A stretch of DNA of 64,000 nucleotides from Spirochaetia bacterium. Lineage in GTDB: Bacteria; Patescibacteriota; Microgenomatia; UBA1400; MFAQ01. Location: positions 1,009 to 65,008 of the forward strand of contig DATIKJ010000051.1 in NCBI GenBank assembly GCA_035477615.1, read 5' to 3'. Both the position numbers and the translations under genes were made by a program. This document shows, piece after piece, positions 17,567 through 26,883 of the stretch. The notes under the pieces are model-generated. The model was given only the letters and a program-made list of their open reading frames with translations, did no database searches and was not told the origin of the DNA. How positions within the stretch are numbered: the first letter of the stretch is position 1; every line of letters begins with the position of its first letter.

Positions 17567-18611
17567 GCTTAACAATCTCTGCTTTTTTAAACATTAAAAT
17601 ATCCTCCCGGTCCGCAGTTGTCACCACTACTTGTCTACCCTCCATCACTCTAAGCACTTCCTGCTTGTGTACCTCATCTAGTTCAGAAAATATATCATCC
17701 AGTAGTAAAGTTGCTTTTTTCTTTCCCCTTTCCTCCAGAAAATATATCTCTCCCATTTTGAGGGCCAACACTGCCATTCTTTGTTCTCCCCTTGAACCAT
17801 AAGTCAGTAAATCTCTTGTCCCTTCTTTAATTACCAAATCATCTTTATGTGGACCAACCAGGGTATAGCCCACTGCCACCTCAGCCTCTGCATACTGACT
17901 CAGTCTTCCTTCACTGATTACACTTACGTCATAAATAATTTTTAGACTCTTAAACAACTCGCTTTTTTCAAATAATCCATTAATAAAATCCACCAACTCC
18001 CGTCTTTTGTCCTGAACTACCTGTCCATGCTTTATCAAAAGTCCATCCCAAAATGTTAGGGAATATCTACTCGCTGTCCCATCTCTTACTGCATCTAATA
18101 TTTTATTTCTTCTTCTTAGAGCTTGTTCATAAGTACTCAAACTTTGTTCATACTCCCTATCCACTTGAATCATTAATCTATCCAAAAATTTCCGTCTCAC
18201 ATCAGGCGATCCGCTTATAAGCTCTATATCCTCAGGTCGAAATAATACCAATGGTAAAAAACCTAAAATATCTTTTCGTCGTCTCGACACTCCATCCACT
18301 AGATACTTTCTTTTATTAACTACCTTTCCCATTACCATTCCTCCGTTTACTACCACCTCCAAAGTCATTGTATCTTTCTTTGACAAAGTAACCTCACCTG
18401 ATACTCGTCCCAGCTCTTGCTCAAAACGCACCATTTCTTCTGTTCTTTTTGCTCTAAAACTTTCTCCCACTCCCAGTAAATAAATCGCTTCCAACAAATT
18501 TGTCTTTCCTTTGGCGTTCTCTCCGGCAATCACCGTCACTCCACTAGAAAACTTAATCGATTTATTTTCGTAGTTTCTAAAATCAGATAATGTAATGCTC
18601 GTCAGTCCCAC
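17559..18611 (-). CDS. recF: DNA replication and repair protein RecF
   Basis: 350 aa; Walker A GENAKGKTNLLEA at N-terminus, SMC-like signature and Walker B LLLDDIFSELD at C-terminus. Confidence 0.9.
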   Translation of the reverse strand: MGLTSITLSDFRNYENKSIKFSSGVTVIAGENAKGKTNLLEAIYLLGVGESFRAKRTEEMVRFEQELGRVSGEVTLSKKDTMTLEVVVNGGMVMGKVVNKRKYLVDGVSRRRKDILGFLPLVLFRPEDIELISGSPDVRRKFLDRLMIQVDREYEQSLSTYEQALRRRNKILDAVRDGTASRYSLTFWDGLLIKHGQVVQDKRRELVDFINGLFEKSELFKSLKIIYDVSVISEGRLSQYAEAEVAVGYTLVGPHKDDLVIKEGTRDLLTYGSRGEQRMAVLALKMGEIYFLEERGKKKATLLLDDIFSELDEVHKQEVLRVMEGRQVVVTTADREDILMFKKAEIVKLT

Positions 18612-18731
18612 GTCTATATTCTAGCATCGTAATTAAGTGAACAAAGTGAATGAATTACGAGCGAATATAAGAGGAAGCGCAGGAATAACATTTCCATAAT
18701 GAATATTATGGAAAGGGTGACGAGCAAGCTC

Positions 18732-19580
18732 TTATATTTGACAATTTTGACAAAAGAATGTTCCTCGTCCCCCTATCTTCATTTTTTTGAAGATTCCACC
18801 ACACTTCCTACACTTCTGTCCATCTTTCTTATAAACCAAGAAATGATCTTGATATGTACCACCCAAACCATTTGTATCTACATAGTTGGCTGCACTTGCT
18901 CCACCATATTTAAGACCTTTGCTTATGACTTCCCTTATTGAAGCCAGCAAATTTATCACTTCTTGATGGCTCAAACTACTTGCTTTCCGATTTGGCATCA
19001 CTTTAGCCAAGTAAAGAGCATCATTAGCATAAATATTTCCTACTCCTCCAATTTTTTCTTGATCCATTAACACCAGTTTTACCGCTTTTCCTGATTTGCT
19101 TAATACCTTTGTAACATACTCCAAAGAAAATTCTTTTTCTGTCACATCTGGTGCTGTTTTCCTAATTTCTTTTTCATATTTTTTCTTTTCGACCATTCTC
19201 ATCCACCCAAACACTCTCATGTCATTAAAAAATAACTTCGAACCGTCAGTAAAATCTATTACCACCCTGGTATGTTTACTTGGCAAATCCTTAACCCAAT
19301 CCGCTGTTGGATGACCGCCCACAACTCGTCTTTCTTTATCCACAAACACCAACTGTCCTGTCATCTTTAGATGGACAATCACTATCTTCTCCTTGCCTTT
19401 GAAATAAATCTCAATTATTTTAGATTTTCTATCAATCTTTTCCACCTCCCCCCCAATCAATTCTTTTGCCTCACCTCCAAAACTTTTTTCTCGAAGCACC
19501 TCAACCCTATCTAATATCTTTCCAACCAACACCTCATTAAGCTGTCGCCTAATTGTCTCTACTTCTGGTAACTCAGGCAT
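18732..19580 (-). CDS. mutM: Formamidopyrimidine-DNA glycosylase
   Basis: 282 aa; N-terminal MPELPEVE catalytic Pro2/Glu3, H2TH region, C-terminal zinc finger CRKCG...CQNC. Confidence 0.9.
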   Translation of the reverse strand: MPELPEVETIRRQLNEVLVGKILDRVEVLREKSFGGEAKELIGGEVEKIDRKSKIIEIYFKGKEKIVIVHLKMTGQLVFVDKERRVVGGHPTADWVKDLPSKHTRVVIDFTDGSKLFFNDMRVFGWMRMVEKKKYEKEIRKTAPDVTEKEFSLEYVTKVLSKSGKAVKLVLMDQEKIGGVGNIYANDALYLAKVMPNRKASSLSHQEVINLLASIREVISKGLKYGGASAANYVDTNGLGGTYQDHFLVYKKDGQKCRKCGGIFKKMKIGGRGTFFCQNCQI

Positions 19581-20706
19581 TTACTTTAGCAACTTCATTT
19601 CGAATATTTTTCACAAATTTTTCTTTTGAAAACATTCTCGCTCTATTAACTAGTTTTTCCCTGCTCCATTTGATTTTTTCAAATCTTTTCATCGCCATTT
19701 CCAATGTCTTCACATCAGTACCATCAACAAATACTCCTGTCTCTCCATCAACTACCGACTCTTTAAAACCACCCCCATTAAAAGCTATCACCGGTGTCCC
19801 CGATGCCATTGACTCTACAACTGTCATTCCAAAATCCTCCTCCTTTGCCAAAGCAATAAAACCTTTAGCCTGTGCATATAACATTTTTAATACACTATCC
19901 TCAACCCTACCTAATATCTCCACCCCAGCAATTTTTCTTAACTGTTTTTCAACTTGAGAAAAACCAACCGCCTCTCCCACAATCTTCAAAGAAAATCCCA
20001 AATGGTGTGCTGCTTTGGCTGCTTCCACAATTCCCTTCGCTCCCACCAACCGAGATACTATCAAAAAATAATCCTCTTTTTTTACTGCCTTGCTTGACTT
20101 GATCATTTTTTCTACCTCCACTGGAGGATAAACCACTGTTGATTCCTTCCGATAGTACTTCCACACTCTCTGCTGCACATTTTTTGAATTCACTAACCAC
20201 TTATCTATCATCTCAGAAGACCACAAATCAAAAATTCTTAGATAATGATTTACCACTGTTGCGTACACTCGCACTATCCAGTACTTCATCAGGTTCACAC
20301 TCATTTCATATCCATACAAAAACCTTGGTGGTGTATGACAGTAAGCCACCACTTTTGTCTTAGGAGATACCTTAAAACCACGAGCAAAATACGAAGAGCA
20401 TGAAGTAATCACCAAGTCATAGGAAGATAGGTCTAGCGATCTCCAAATTAACGGTACCAAAAATCTCAAGGGGCTATAAAAGTTTCCTCTTTTAATCAGC
20501 CAGCCATACTTACTCTCAATTATCTTTCTATCTGAAAACTTTTTATCACAACTTGATCCTTTTACTCTAAAAGCTGTATATATTGGCGCTTCAGGATACA
20601 TATCAGCCAGTACCCGTAGTACTCTTTCGGCTCCCCCAAACTCTTTTATAAAGTCATGTACTAAAGCAATTTTCATAAAAATATTTCTTCTGTTTCCTTT
20701 TCCCAA
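19573..20706 (-). CDS. Family 4 (GT-B) glycosyltransferase
   Basis: 377 aa; EDFGMTVVESMASGTPVIA retaining-GT4 C-terminal signature. Confidence 0.8.
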   Translation of the reverse strand: MGKGNRRNIFMKIALVHDFIKEFGGAERVLRVLADMYPEAPIYTAFRVKGSSCDKKFSDRKIIESKYGWLIKRGNFYSPLRFLVPLIWRSLDLSSYDLVITSCSSYFARGFKVSPKTKVVAYCHTPPRFLYGYEMSVNLMKYWIVRVYATVVNHYLRIFDLWSSEMIDKWLVNSKNVQQRVWKYYRKESTVVYPPVEVEKMIKSSKAVKKEDYFLIVSRLVGAKGIVEAAKAAHHLGFSLKIVGEAVGFSQVEKQLRKIAGVEILGRVEDSVLKMLYAQAKGFIALAKEEDFGMTVVESMASGTPVIAFNGGGFKESVVDGETGVFVDGTDVKTLEMAMKRFEKIKWSREKLVNRARMFSKEKFVKNIRNEVAKVNA

Positions 20707-21590
20707 GAATCCTTAGGTAATCGAGAAAGCAAACTATTAAAACTCAATTCCTTAAATAACTCAGTCGCTTTATTCTTATCATAATTTGTCAACAAACAAT
20801 CCTCCCAATCAATTTTCAAAGGCACTTCTTTATAAATCTCAGCCAATTTGTAGCTTTGATTTGCCATTTCTCTTTCAGCCAAAAGCATCTCTCTTGTTCT
20901 CTTACTAATTTTGTCACTATCAATATTTTTAAAAATGTTTTCCAAACTACCAAAGTCCATTATTAGTTTTGTCGCTGTTACTTTTCCAATTCCTTTAACT
21001 CCGGGAATATTATCCGAAGAATCTCCCATCAAACTTTTTAAATCCACAATACACTTTGGTTTAAAACCATAAGTCTCAACTACCTTCTCCTCATCAAACA
21101 CCACTGCCTGTGCCGCTCTATTTTGTAAAGGTAAATAGACCACAATTTTTTTCTCTTTAATCAATTGAAGTGCATCTCTATCTGCCGTTACAATCACCAC
21201 CTGAGTATCCTTTTCTTTTTTTTCATCAGTTGCTTGTCTTGCCAAGGTACCAATAACATCGTCCCCTTCATATCCTTCAATTCCAAACTGCGGAATATTC
21301 AAAACCGATACCACCTCTTTAGTTCTTTCAATTTGTGTCGCCAAGTCATCATCCATCGGCCCACGATTGGCTTTGTACTCTGCGAACTCTGCTTTTCTAA
21401 ATGTCGGTCCTTTTACATCCCAAGCCACCGCTACATGTGTCGGTCCAAGCTTTTCTAAAATGGTCAGCAGCATTGAAGAAAAACCATAGACGGCATTTAT
21501 TAGTTCACCCTTTGCTGTCGTTAAAGGCGGAAAGGCATGATAGGCTCGATGCAAAAGCGAGTTGCCATCAATTAATATCAGTTTCCTCAT
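20673..21590 (-). CDS. Standalone 5'-3' exonuclease / flap endonuclease (Pol I N-terminal domain homolog)
   Basis: 305 aa; LILIDGNSLLHRAYHA, GYEGDDVIGTLA, and H3TH region. Confidence 0.85.
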   Translation of the reverse strand: MRKLILIDGNSLLHRAYHAFPPLTTAKGELINAVYGFSSMLLTILEKLGPTHVAVAWDVKGPTFRKAEFAEYKANRGPMDDDLATQIERTKEVVSVLNIPQFGIEGYEGDDVIGTLARQATDEKKEKDTQVVIVTADRDALQLIKEKKIVVYLPLQNRAAQAVVFDEEKVVETYGFKPKCIVDLKSLMGDSSDNIPGVKGIGKVTATKLIMDFGSLENIFKNIDSDKISKRTREMLLAEREMANQSYKLAEIYKEVPLKIDWEDCLLTNYDKNKATELFKELSFNSLLSRLPKDSWEKETEEIFL

Positions 21591-23455
21591 TTTTTTAACT
21601 TAAAAACAGCTTTTGGTTTACCCACCAACGTCTCAAACTCTTCTTGTTCCAAGGTCTCAATTTTCATTAGCTTAGCTACCACTTTATCCAAAGCCTTGCG
21701 GTTGGCATTTAAGACCTTCTCTGCTGTCTTCAAACCCTCATCCACAAGCTTCTTAATCTCAAAGTCGACTTTAGCCTGAGTAGACTCAGATAATCGAACA
21801 GACGAATCTCCATAGGAAAATCCCCAGCTATTTGTCTCTGCCATCTGCCCCATAGCTACCGGACCTAAATCACTCATTCCAAAATCAACTACCATGCGTC
21901 TTGCAAGCATCGTGGCTCTCTCAATATCGCTAGCCGCCCCAGCTGTCAGTTCATTGAATATCATTTGTTCAGCCGCTCTACCTCCCAAAGACATCGCAAT
22001 TTCATCCTTAAGTTCAGTTCTTGTTTGCTGATACTTATCTGTCTTTGGTCTACTCATAGTAAATCCCAAAGCCATTCCTCGAGAAACAATCGAAAGTCGA
22101 TGTATTGGATCGGTTCCTGGCAAAAGATGGCCGACAAGTGCATGACCTGCTTCATGATATGCCGTCATTTTTCTCTCAAGCTCAGACTGCAGTCTTCTGC
22201 GTTCTGGTCCCATCTTAACCTTCATAGCTGCTTCTTCAATATCCACCATCCAAATTTCTTTTCTGTCGTCCCTAGCCGCTAGTATGGCCGCCTCATTTAG
22301 CATGTTTTCCAAGTCTGCTCCAGAAAACCCCACGGTTCTCTCTGCCACTTTATCCCAATTCAGTTTTTTTGCAAAGGGTTTTCCTTTTTTATGAATCTCA
22401 ATTACAGATTTTCTTCCAGCGATATCAGGTAAATCCAAGTTCACTCTTCGATCAAAACGGCCAGGTCTTATTAAAGCAGGATCCAAAACATCTGGTCTAT
22501 TAGTAGCCGCCATCACAATCACGTTATCTGTCTGGGTAAAACCATCCATCTCTACTAAAATTTGATTTAAAGTTTGTTCACGTTCATCATGTCCTCCCAT
22601 TCCGCCACCCACACCACGAGTCCTACCAATAGCATCAACCTCATCTATAAAAATAATTGCAGGAGAAGCTTTTTTGGCCGTATCAAACAAGTCTCTTACA
22701 CGACTAGCACCAACCCCTACCAGCATTTCCATAAACTCAGATCCAGCCATTGAAAAGAAGGGTACTCCTGCTTCACCAGCCACTGCCCTTGCCATTAATG
22801 TTTTTCCTACGCCGGATGGTCCTGTCAAAAGTACACCTTTGGGAGTTCTTGCCCCCAAGTCTCGATATTTTTTCGGATTCTTCAAGAAATCAACTACTTC
22901 TTCCAACTCTTTTTTTGCTTCATCAACACCAGCCACATCTTTAAATTTAATGTTCTGTTTGCCTTTGGAAAATAATTTCGCCTTACTCTTTCCAATTCCA
23001 AACACATCTCCACCCCCACCTTGCCTGCGCATCAAGAAAAACATCAAAAATCCAAAACCCAGTATTGGCAAAACCAATGATAAGATACTCCAAAACGCTT
23101 TTGAAAAATCTTGTGAAGATACTGTTACTTTTACTTTTCCCTCATCAACTCCAGCTTTTTGCAACTGATCCATAAAACTGGATCCCTCTTCTTTTCTTGA
23201 TACTCCAATAATCTGTTTTCCTTCATCATCTTTTGGATATATCAAAATCAACTCATCTCCTTTAATATCTACCGACTCAACTTTTCCTTGTTTTATCTCG
23301 TCTATGGCCGAGGATAAAGGCATCTCTACCATAGCCCCGGTAGATCCCAAGAGGAACTTAACAATATAAGGTACAAACAAAAACAAAATCAAAAACCATA
23401 CCAATAATCTCCGTAAATTAAAATTCAATTTAAACTCTACTTTTTTTTGTTCCAT
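21587..23455 (-). CDS. ftsH: ATP-dependent zinc metalloprotease FtsH
   Basis: 622 aa; N-terminal TMs, AAA Walker [19 protein letters not shown] zinc-binding motif. Confidence 0.95.
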   Translation of the reverse strand: MEQKKVEFKLNFNLRRLLVWFLILFLFVPYIVKFLLGSTGAMVEMPLSSAIDEIKQGKVESVDIKGDELILIYPKDDEGKQIIGVSRKEEGSSFMDQLQKAGVDEGKVKVTVSSQDFSKAFWSILSLVLPILGFGFLMFFLMRRQGGGGDVFGIGKSKAKLFSKGKQNIKFKDVAGVDEAKKELEEVVDFLKNPKKYRDLGARTPKGVLLTGPSGVGKTLMARAVAGEAGVPFFSMAGSEFMEMLVGVGASRVRDLFDTAKKASPAIIFIDEVDAIGRTRGVGGGMGGHDEREQTLNQILVEMDGFTQTDNVIVMAATNRPDVLDPALIRPGRFDRRVNLDLPDIAGRKSVIEIHKKGKPFAKKLNWDKVAERTVGFSGADLENMLNEAAILAARDDRKEIWMVDIEEAAMKVKMGPERRRLQSELERKMTAYHEAGHALVGHLLPGTDPIHRLSIVSRGMALGFTMSRPKTDKYQQTRTELKDEIAMSLGGRAAEQMIFNELTAGAASDIERATMLARRMVVDFGMSDLGPVAMGQMAETNSWGFSYGDSSVRLSESTQAKVDFEIKKLVDEGLKTAEKVLNANRKALDKVVAKLMKIETLEQEEFETLVGKPKAVFKLKK

Positions 23456-23470
23456 ATTTATTTTGTCTAA

Positions 23471-23806
23471 CTATCTTATCACCGTACCGAGAACAGTTGC
23501 CTCATCCAAAAATATCAATTTGGGTCCGTCCGTTCCATCCGCCATAATTGCCATTCCCTGACTCACTTCATCACCCATTTTTTTGGGCTCCATATTCACA
23601 ATTACTGGCATAATTTTCCCTACCATATCTTCAGGGGCATACCATTTTCTGATTCCGCTAAAAAGCACTCGTTTCCCCAGCTCCTCACCCAAATCCATTT
23701 CATAACGAATCAATTTCTCACTCCACTCAGGCGCCGAGGCCGCCACTACTTTCCCAGCTCTAATATCCAGTTTTTCAAAATCGGTATAGTTGATTAAATC
23801 CTTCAT
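23471..23806 (-). CDS. tRNA-binding domain protein (Myf/EMAP/CsaA-like OB fold)
   Basis: 111 aa; DIRAGKVV...NMEPKKMGDEVSQGMAI resembles C-terminal tRNA-binding domain of MetRS/PheT. Confidence 0.7.
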   Translation of the reverse strand: MKDLINYTDFEKLDIRAGKVVAASAPEWSEKLIRYEMDLGEELGKRVLFSGIRKWYAPEDMVGKIMPVIVNMEPKKMGDEVSQGMAIMADGTDGPKLIFLDEATVLGTVIR

Positions 23807-23810
23807 TCAA

Positions 23811-24902
<1,092 letters not shown>

Positions 24903-25080
24903 AGACTACCAGTATTATATCTTAATCACTATCAAATTGGGCACGGAAATCACCAAAAAAGTTGTTAATTAGGCTCGATCGTGCTAAAATACCCATGTTC
25001 GTTAATTTGCGGGTGGAAGGTAAGTATCTTGCGAGGCTCATAATCTCGCTTAACTAGGGGGCGGAACCCTAGACCCGCAA

Positions 25081-25458
25081 CTATTTTAGAAGTGCCCACC
25101 ACTTCTGCCAATTGTCTACCTGTTTTTCTTCAATTTTAGCTTCATTTGTGCCTAACAGGTTGCCTTTTGGTAGTACAGCCACTACTTCTCCTACTTTCTG
25201 CATATTCAACTGTTCTCTGATGATCTTTTCCTTGAATTCCTCGGTCATCACTGTACTCAGCTTATCCTTTAACATTTGATTTTTTGCCTCTTCTTCCGCC
25301 AATCTGACTTTTGATTCCTCAATCCGACTATACCCCTTTTTAATCTGCCAAAGATCTTTAGCTAGCGAAAAAATAAGTATCCAGGCAACAACCAAAATTA
25401 TGGCCTTAATCCAATCTTTTTTGTGTTCTTTTCTGTTTTCTCTATTTAGGGCTTGCAT
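25081..25458 (-). CDS. Septum-formation initiator-like protein (FtsB/DivIC family): single TM plus coiled coil
   Basis: 125 aa; N-terminal TM (IILVVAWILIFSL), then heptad-rich coiled coil typical of FtsB/FtsL/DivIC. Confidence 0.5.
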   Translation of the reverse strand: MQALNRENRKEHKKDWIKAIILVVAWILIFSLAKDLWQIKKGYSRIEESKVRLAEEEAKNQMLKDKLSTVMTEEFKEKIIREQLNMQKVGEVVAVLPKGNLLGTNEAKIEEKQVDNWQKWWALLK

Positions 25459-25511
25459 TTTAAGAACCTAGAGTGTTATAATAAGTGCCATAATAAAATC
25501 TGTACCCAATT

Positions 25512-26387
25512 ATGGAACAAATTGACCAAAACATCAAACAAGCTATTACTGCTTTTAAAGCCTTCCTGGCTTCCCAAGGCAGGGCTTCTGCTACTATTTT
25601 AGCCTACTCAAAAGATATTGAGCAATTGGCTACTTTCGTCGCCAAGTCTAACAAAGCTAACCTCTCCGAAGTAACCAAGGAAGACATTGATGCCTTCAAA
25701 GACAGTCTTTCTGAACAAAACTACACCACCAAATCCATCTCCAGAAAGATCAACTCAATCAAGTCCTTCTTTGCCTATGTTTTGGCCAATGGTGCTATTT
25801 CTGAAAATCCAGCCACAAACGTCACTCACCCCAAGTACGACATCAAACCTCCTCGTATCCTCAACAAAATTGAGTATCGTGCTCTTCGTGATGCTTGTCG
25901 TGAAGACTTAAGAATGGCTGCCATTGTTGAGCTTCTTCTTCAAACTGGTATGCGTATTTCTGAACTGGCTAACCTCAAAATCGGCGATATCGATCTTACG
26001 ATCAACCAAATCACCATTCGCGCCTACGAATCTCATCCAGAACGTGTCATTCCCCTAAACCAACCTGTTAAAGAGTCTCTTGCTCGTTATATGGAAACCC
26101 GCCCCAAGAGCGGTAATACCTTCGTTTTCATCACCAAGACTGGTAATGCTTTCTTAATCAGAAACATCCGTTCCAATCTTGACCGTTACTTCCACATTGC
26201 TGGTATTGAAAACGCCAAGGTTAATGACTTAAGACACACTTTCATCGCTCAGCAACTTACTTCTGGTAGTCCTTTGGTCTACATCAGTAAGCTCGTTGGC
26301 CACAAAAGACTTTCTACCACTGAAAAGTATCTTGAATTCATTTCTGAAAAGCCAGCGAAAGATAAGCCAAAGCTTATCGACCTTTAA
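25512..26387 (+). CDS. Tyrosine site-specific recombinase, XerC/XerD-like
   Basis: 291 aa; N-terminal core-binding (SAM-like) domain, catalytic R (GMRISEL), LRHTF (HxxR), GHKRLSTTEKY (nucleophilic Tyr). Confidence 0.85.
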   Translation: MEQIDQNIKQAITAFKAFLASQGRASATILAYSKDIEQLATFVAKSNKANLSEVTKEDIDAFKDSLSEQNYTTKSISRKINSIKSFFAYVLANGAISENPATNVTHPKYDIKPPRILNKIEYRALRDACREDLRMAAIVELLLQTGMRISELANLKIGDIDLTINQITIRAYESHPERVIPLNQPVKESLARYMETRPKSGNTFVFITKTGNAFLIRNIRSNLDRYFHIAGIENAKVNDLRHTFIAQQLTSGSPLVYISKLVGHKRLSTTEKYLEFISEKPAKDKPKLIDL

Positions 26388-26410
26388 AAAGTCGCTTTAA
26401 TTAATTAAAG

Positions 26411-26438
26411 AAGCTAGTCTTTATTGACTAGCTTTTTT
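26411..26438. terminator. Bidirectional intrinsic terminator between convergent genes
   Basis: AAGCTAGTC-tttatt-GACTAGCTT stem-loop followed by TTTT; flanked by A-run on the other side. Confidence 0.5.
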
Positions 26439-26779
26439 AATGCCTGCAAAGTTGTCTGAGACAAAAATCCCAGCACCTCTCCCATCTTTTCCATCGAGCC
26501 CACAGCCAAAGCCAACCATCCTGAAGTAGACTTTCTGGTGTCTTCTACGATCAAGAAGGCATTCCGCACTCCAGAAACCTCCAGTTGTTCTCCTGTAACC
26601 TCATCCTCTACATAAATCGTCACTGGATTACCACTATTTCCCAAGTTCATATTACCTGTGATTACCATCTCTTGCGACCAAGGTGAAACAGAGGCTGTAT
26701 CGTTAAGTTCTTCGTCTGGTTGAGCAAGCCTCAGTATTTTATCGTTCTTTGTTTTAACTTTTTTTTGTTTAACTTTCAT
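26414..26779 (-). CDS. Hypothetical protein (possible Roadblock/LC7-like fold)
   Basis: 121 aa, immediately 3' of tRNA-Ile on same strand; no motif recognised. Confidence 0.4.
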   Translation of the reverse strand: MKVKQKKVKTKNDKILRLAQPDEELNDTASVSPWSQEMVITGNMNLGNSGNPVTIYVEDEVTGEQLEVSGVRNAFLIVEDTRKSTSGWLALAVGSMEKMGEVLGFLSQTTLQALKKLVNKD

Positions 26780-26783
26780 CTAG

Positions 26784-26857
26784 TGGGCCGACCAGGATTC
26801 GAACCTGGGACATCGAAGGTATAAGCTTCGCGCTCTAACCAGCTGAGCTATCGGCCC
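26784..26857 (-). tRNA. tRNA-Ile with UAU anticodon
   Basis: Minus strand GGGCCGA-TA-GCTC-AGCTGGTTA-GAGC-G-CGAAG-CTTATAC-CTTCG-ATGTC-CCAGG-TTCGAAT-CCTGG-TCGGCCC-A; D-arm identical in style to bacterial tRNA-Ile; anticodon positions 34-36 = TAT. Confidence 0.8.
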
Positions 26858-26883
26858 AATCTGCAATATTCTACCATTTCAGG

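Noticed and set aside
18612-18731. AT-rich hairpin CCATAAT-gaat-ATTATGG between recF and mutM
   Set aside because: The stem is AT-only with no adjacent U-tract on either strand. It is more likely incidental promoter-region symmetry than a terminator or regulatory RNA.
24961-25080. Possible SRP (4.5S) RNA or canonical second tRNA in the GC-rich segment
   Set aside because: No GGAA/AGCAG helix-8 motif arrangement and a three-way junction rather than a single long hairpin argue against SRP RNA. The T-loop (GGCGGAA) and D-loop lack the invariant tRNA residues, so it is not a canonical tRNA. Kept only as an unexplained structured element.
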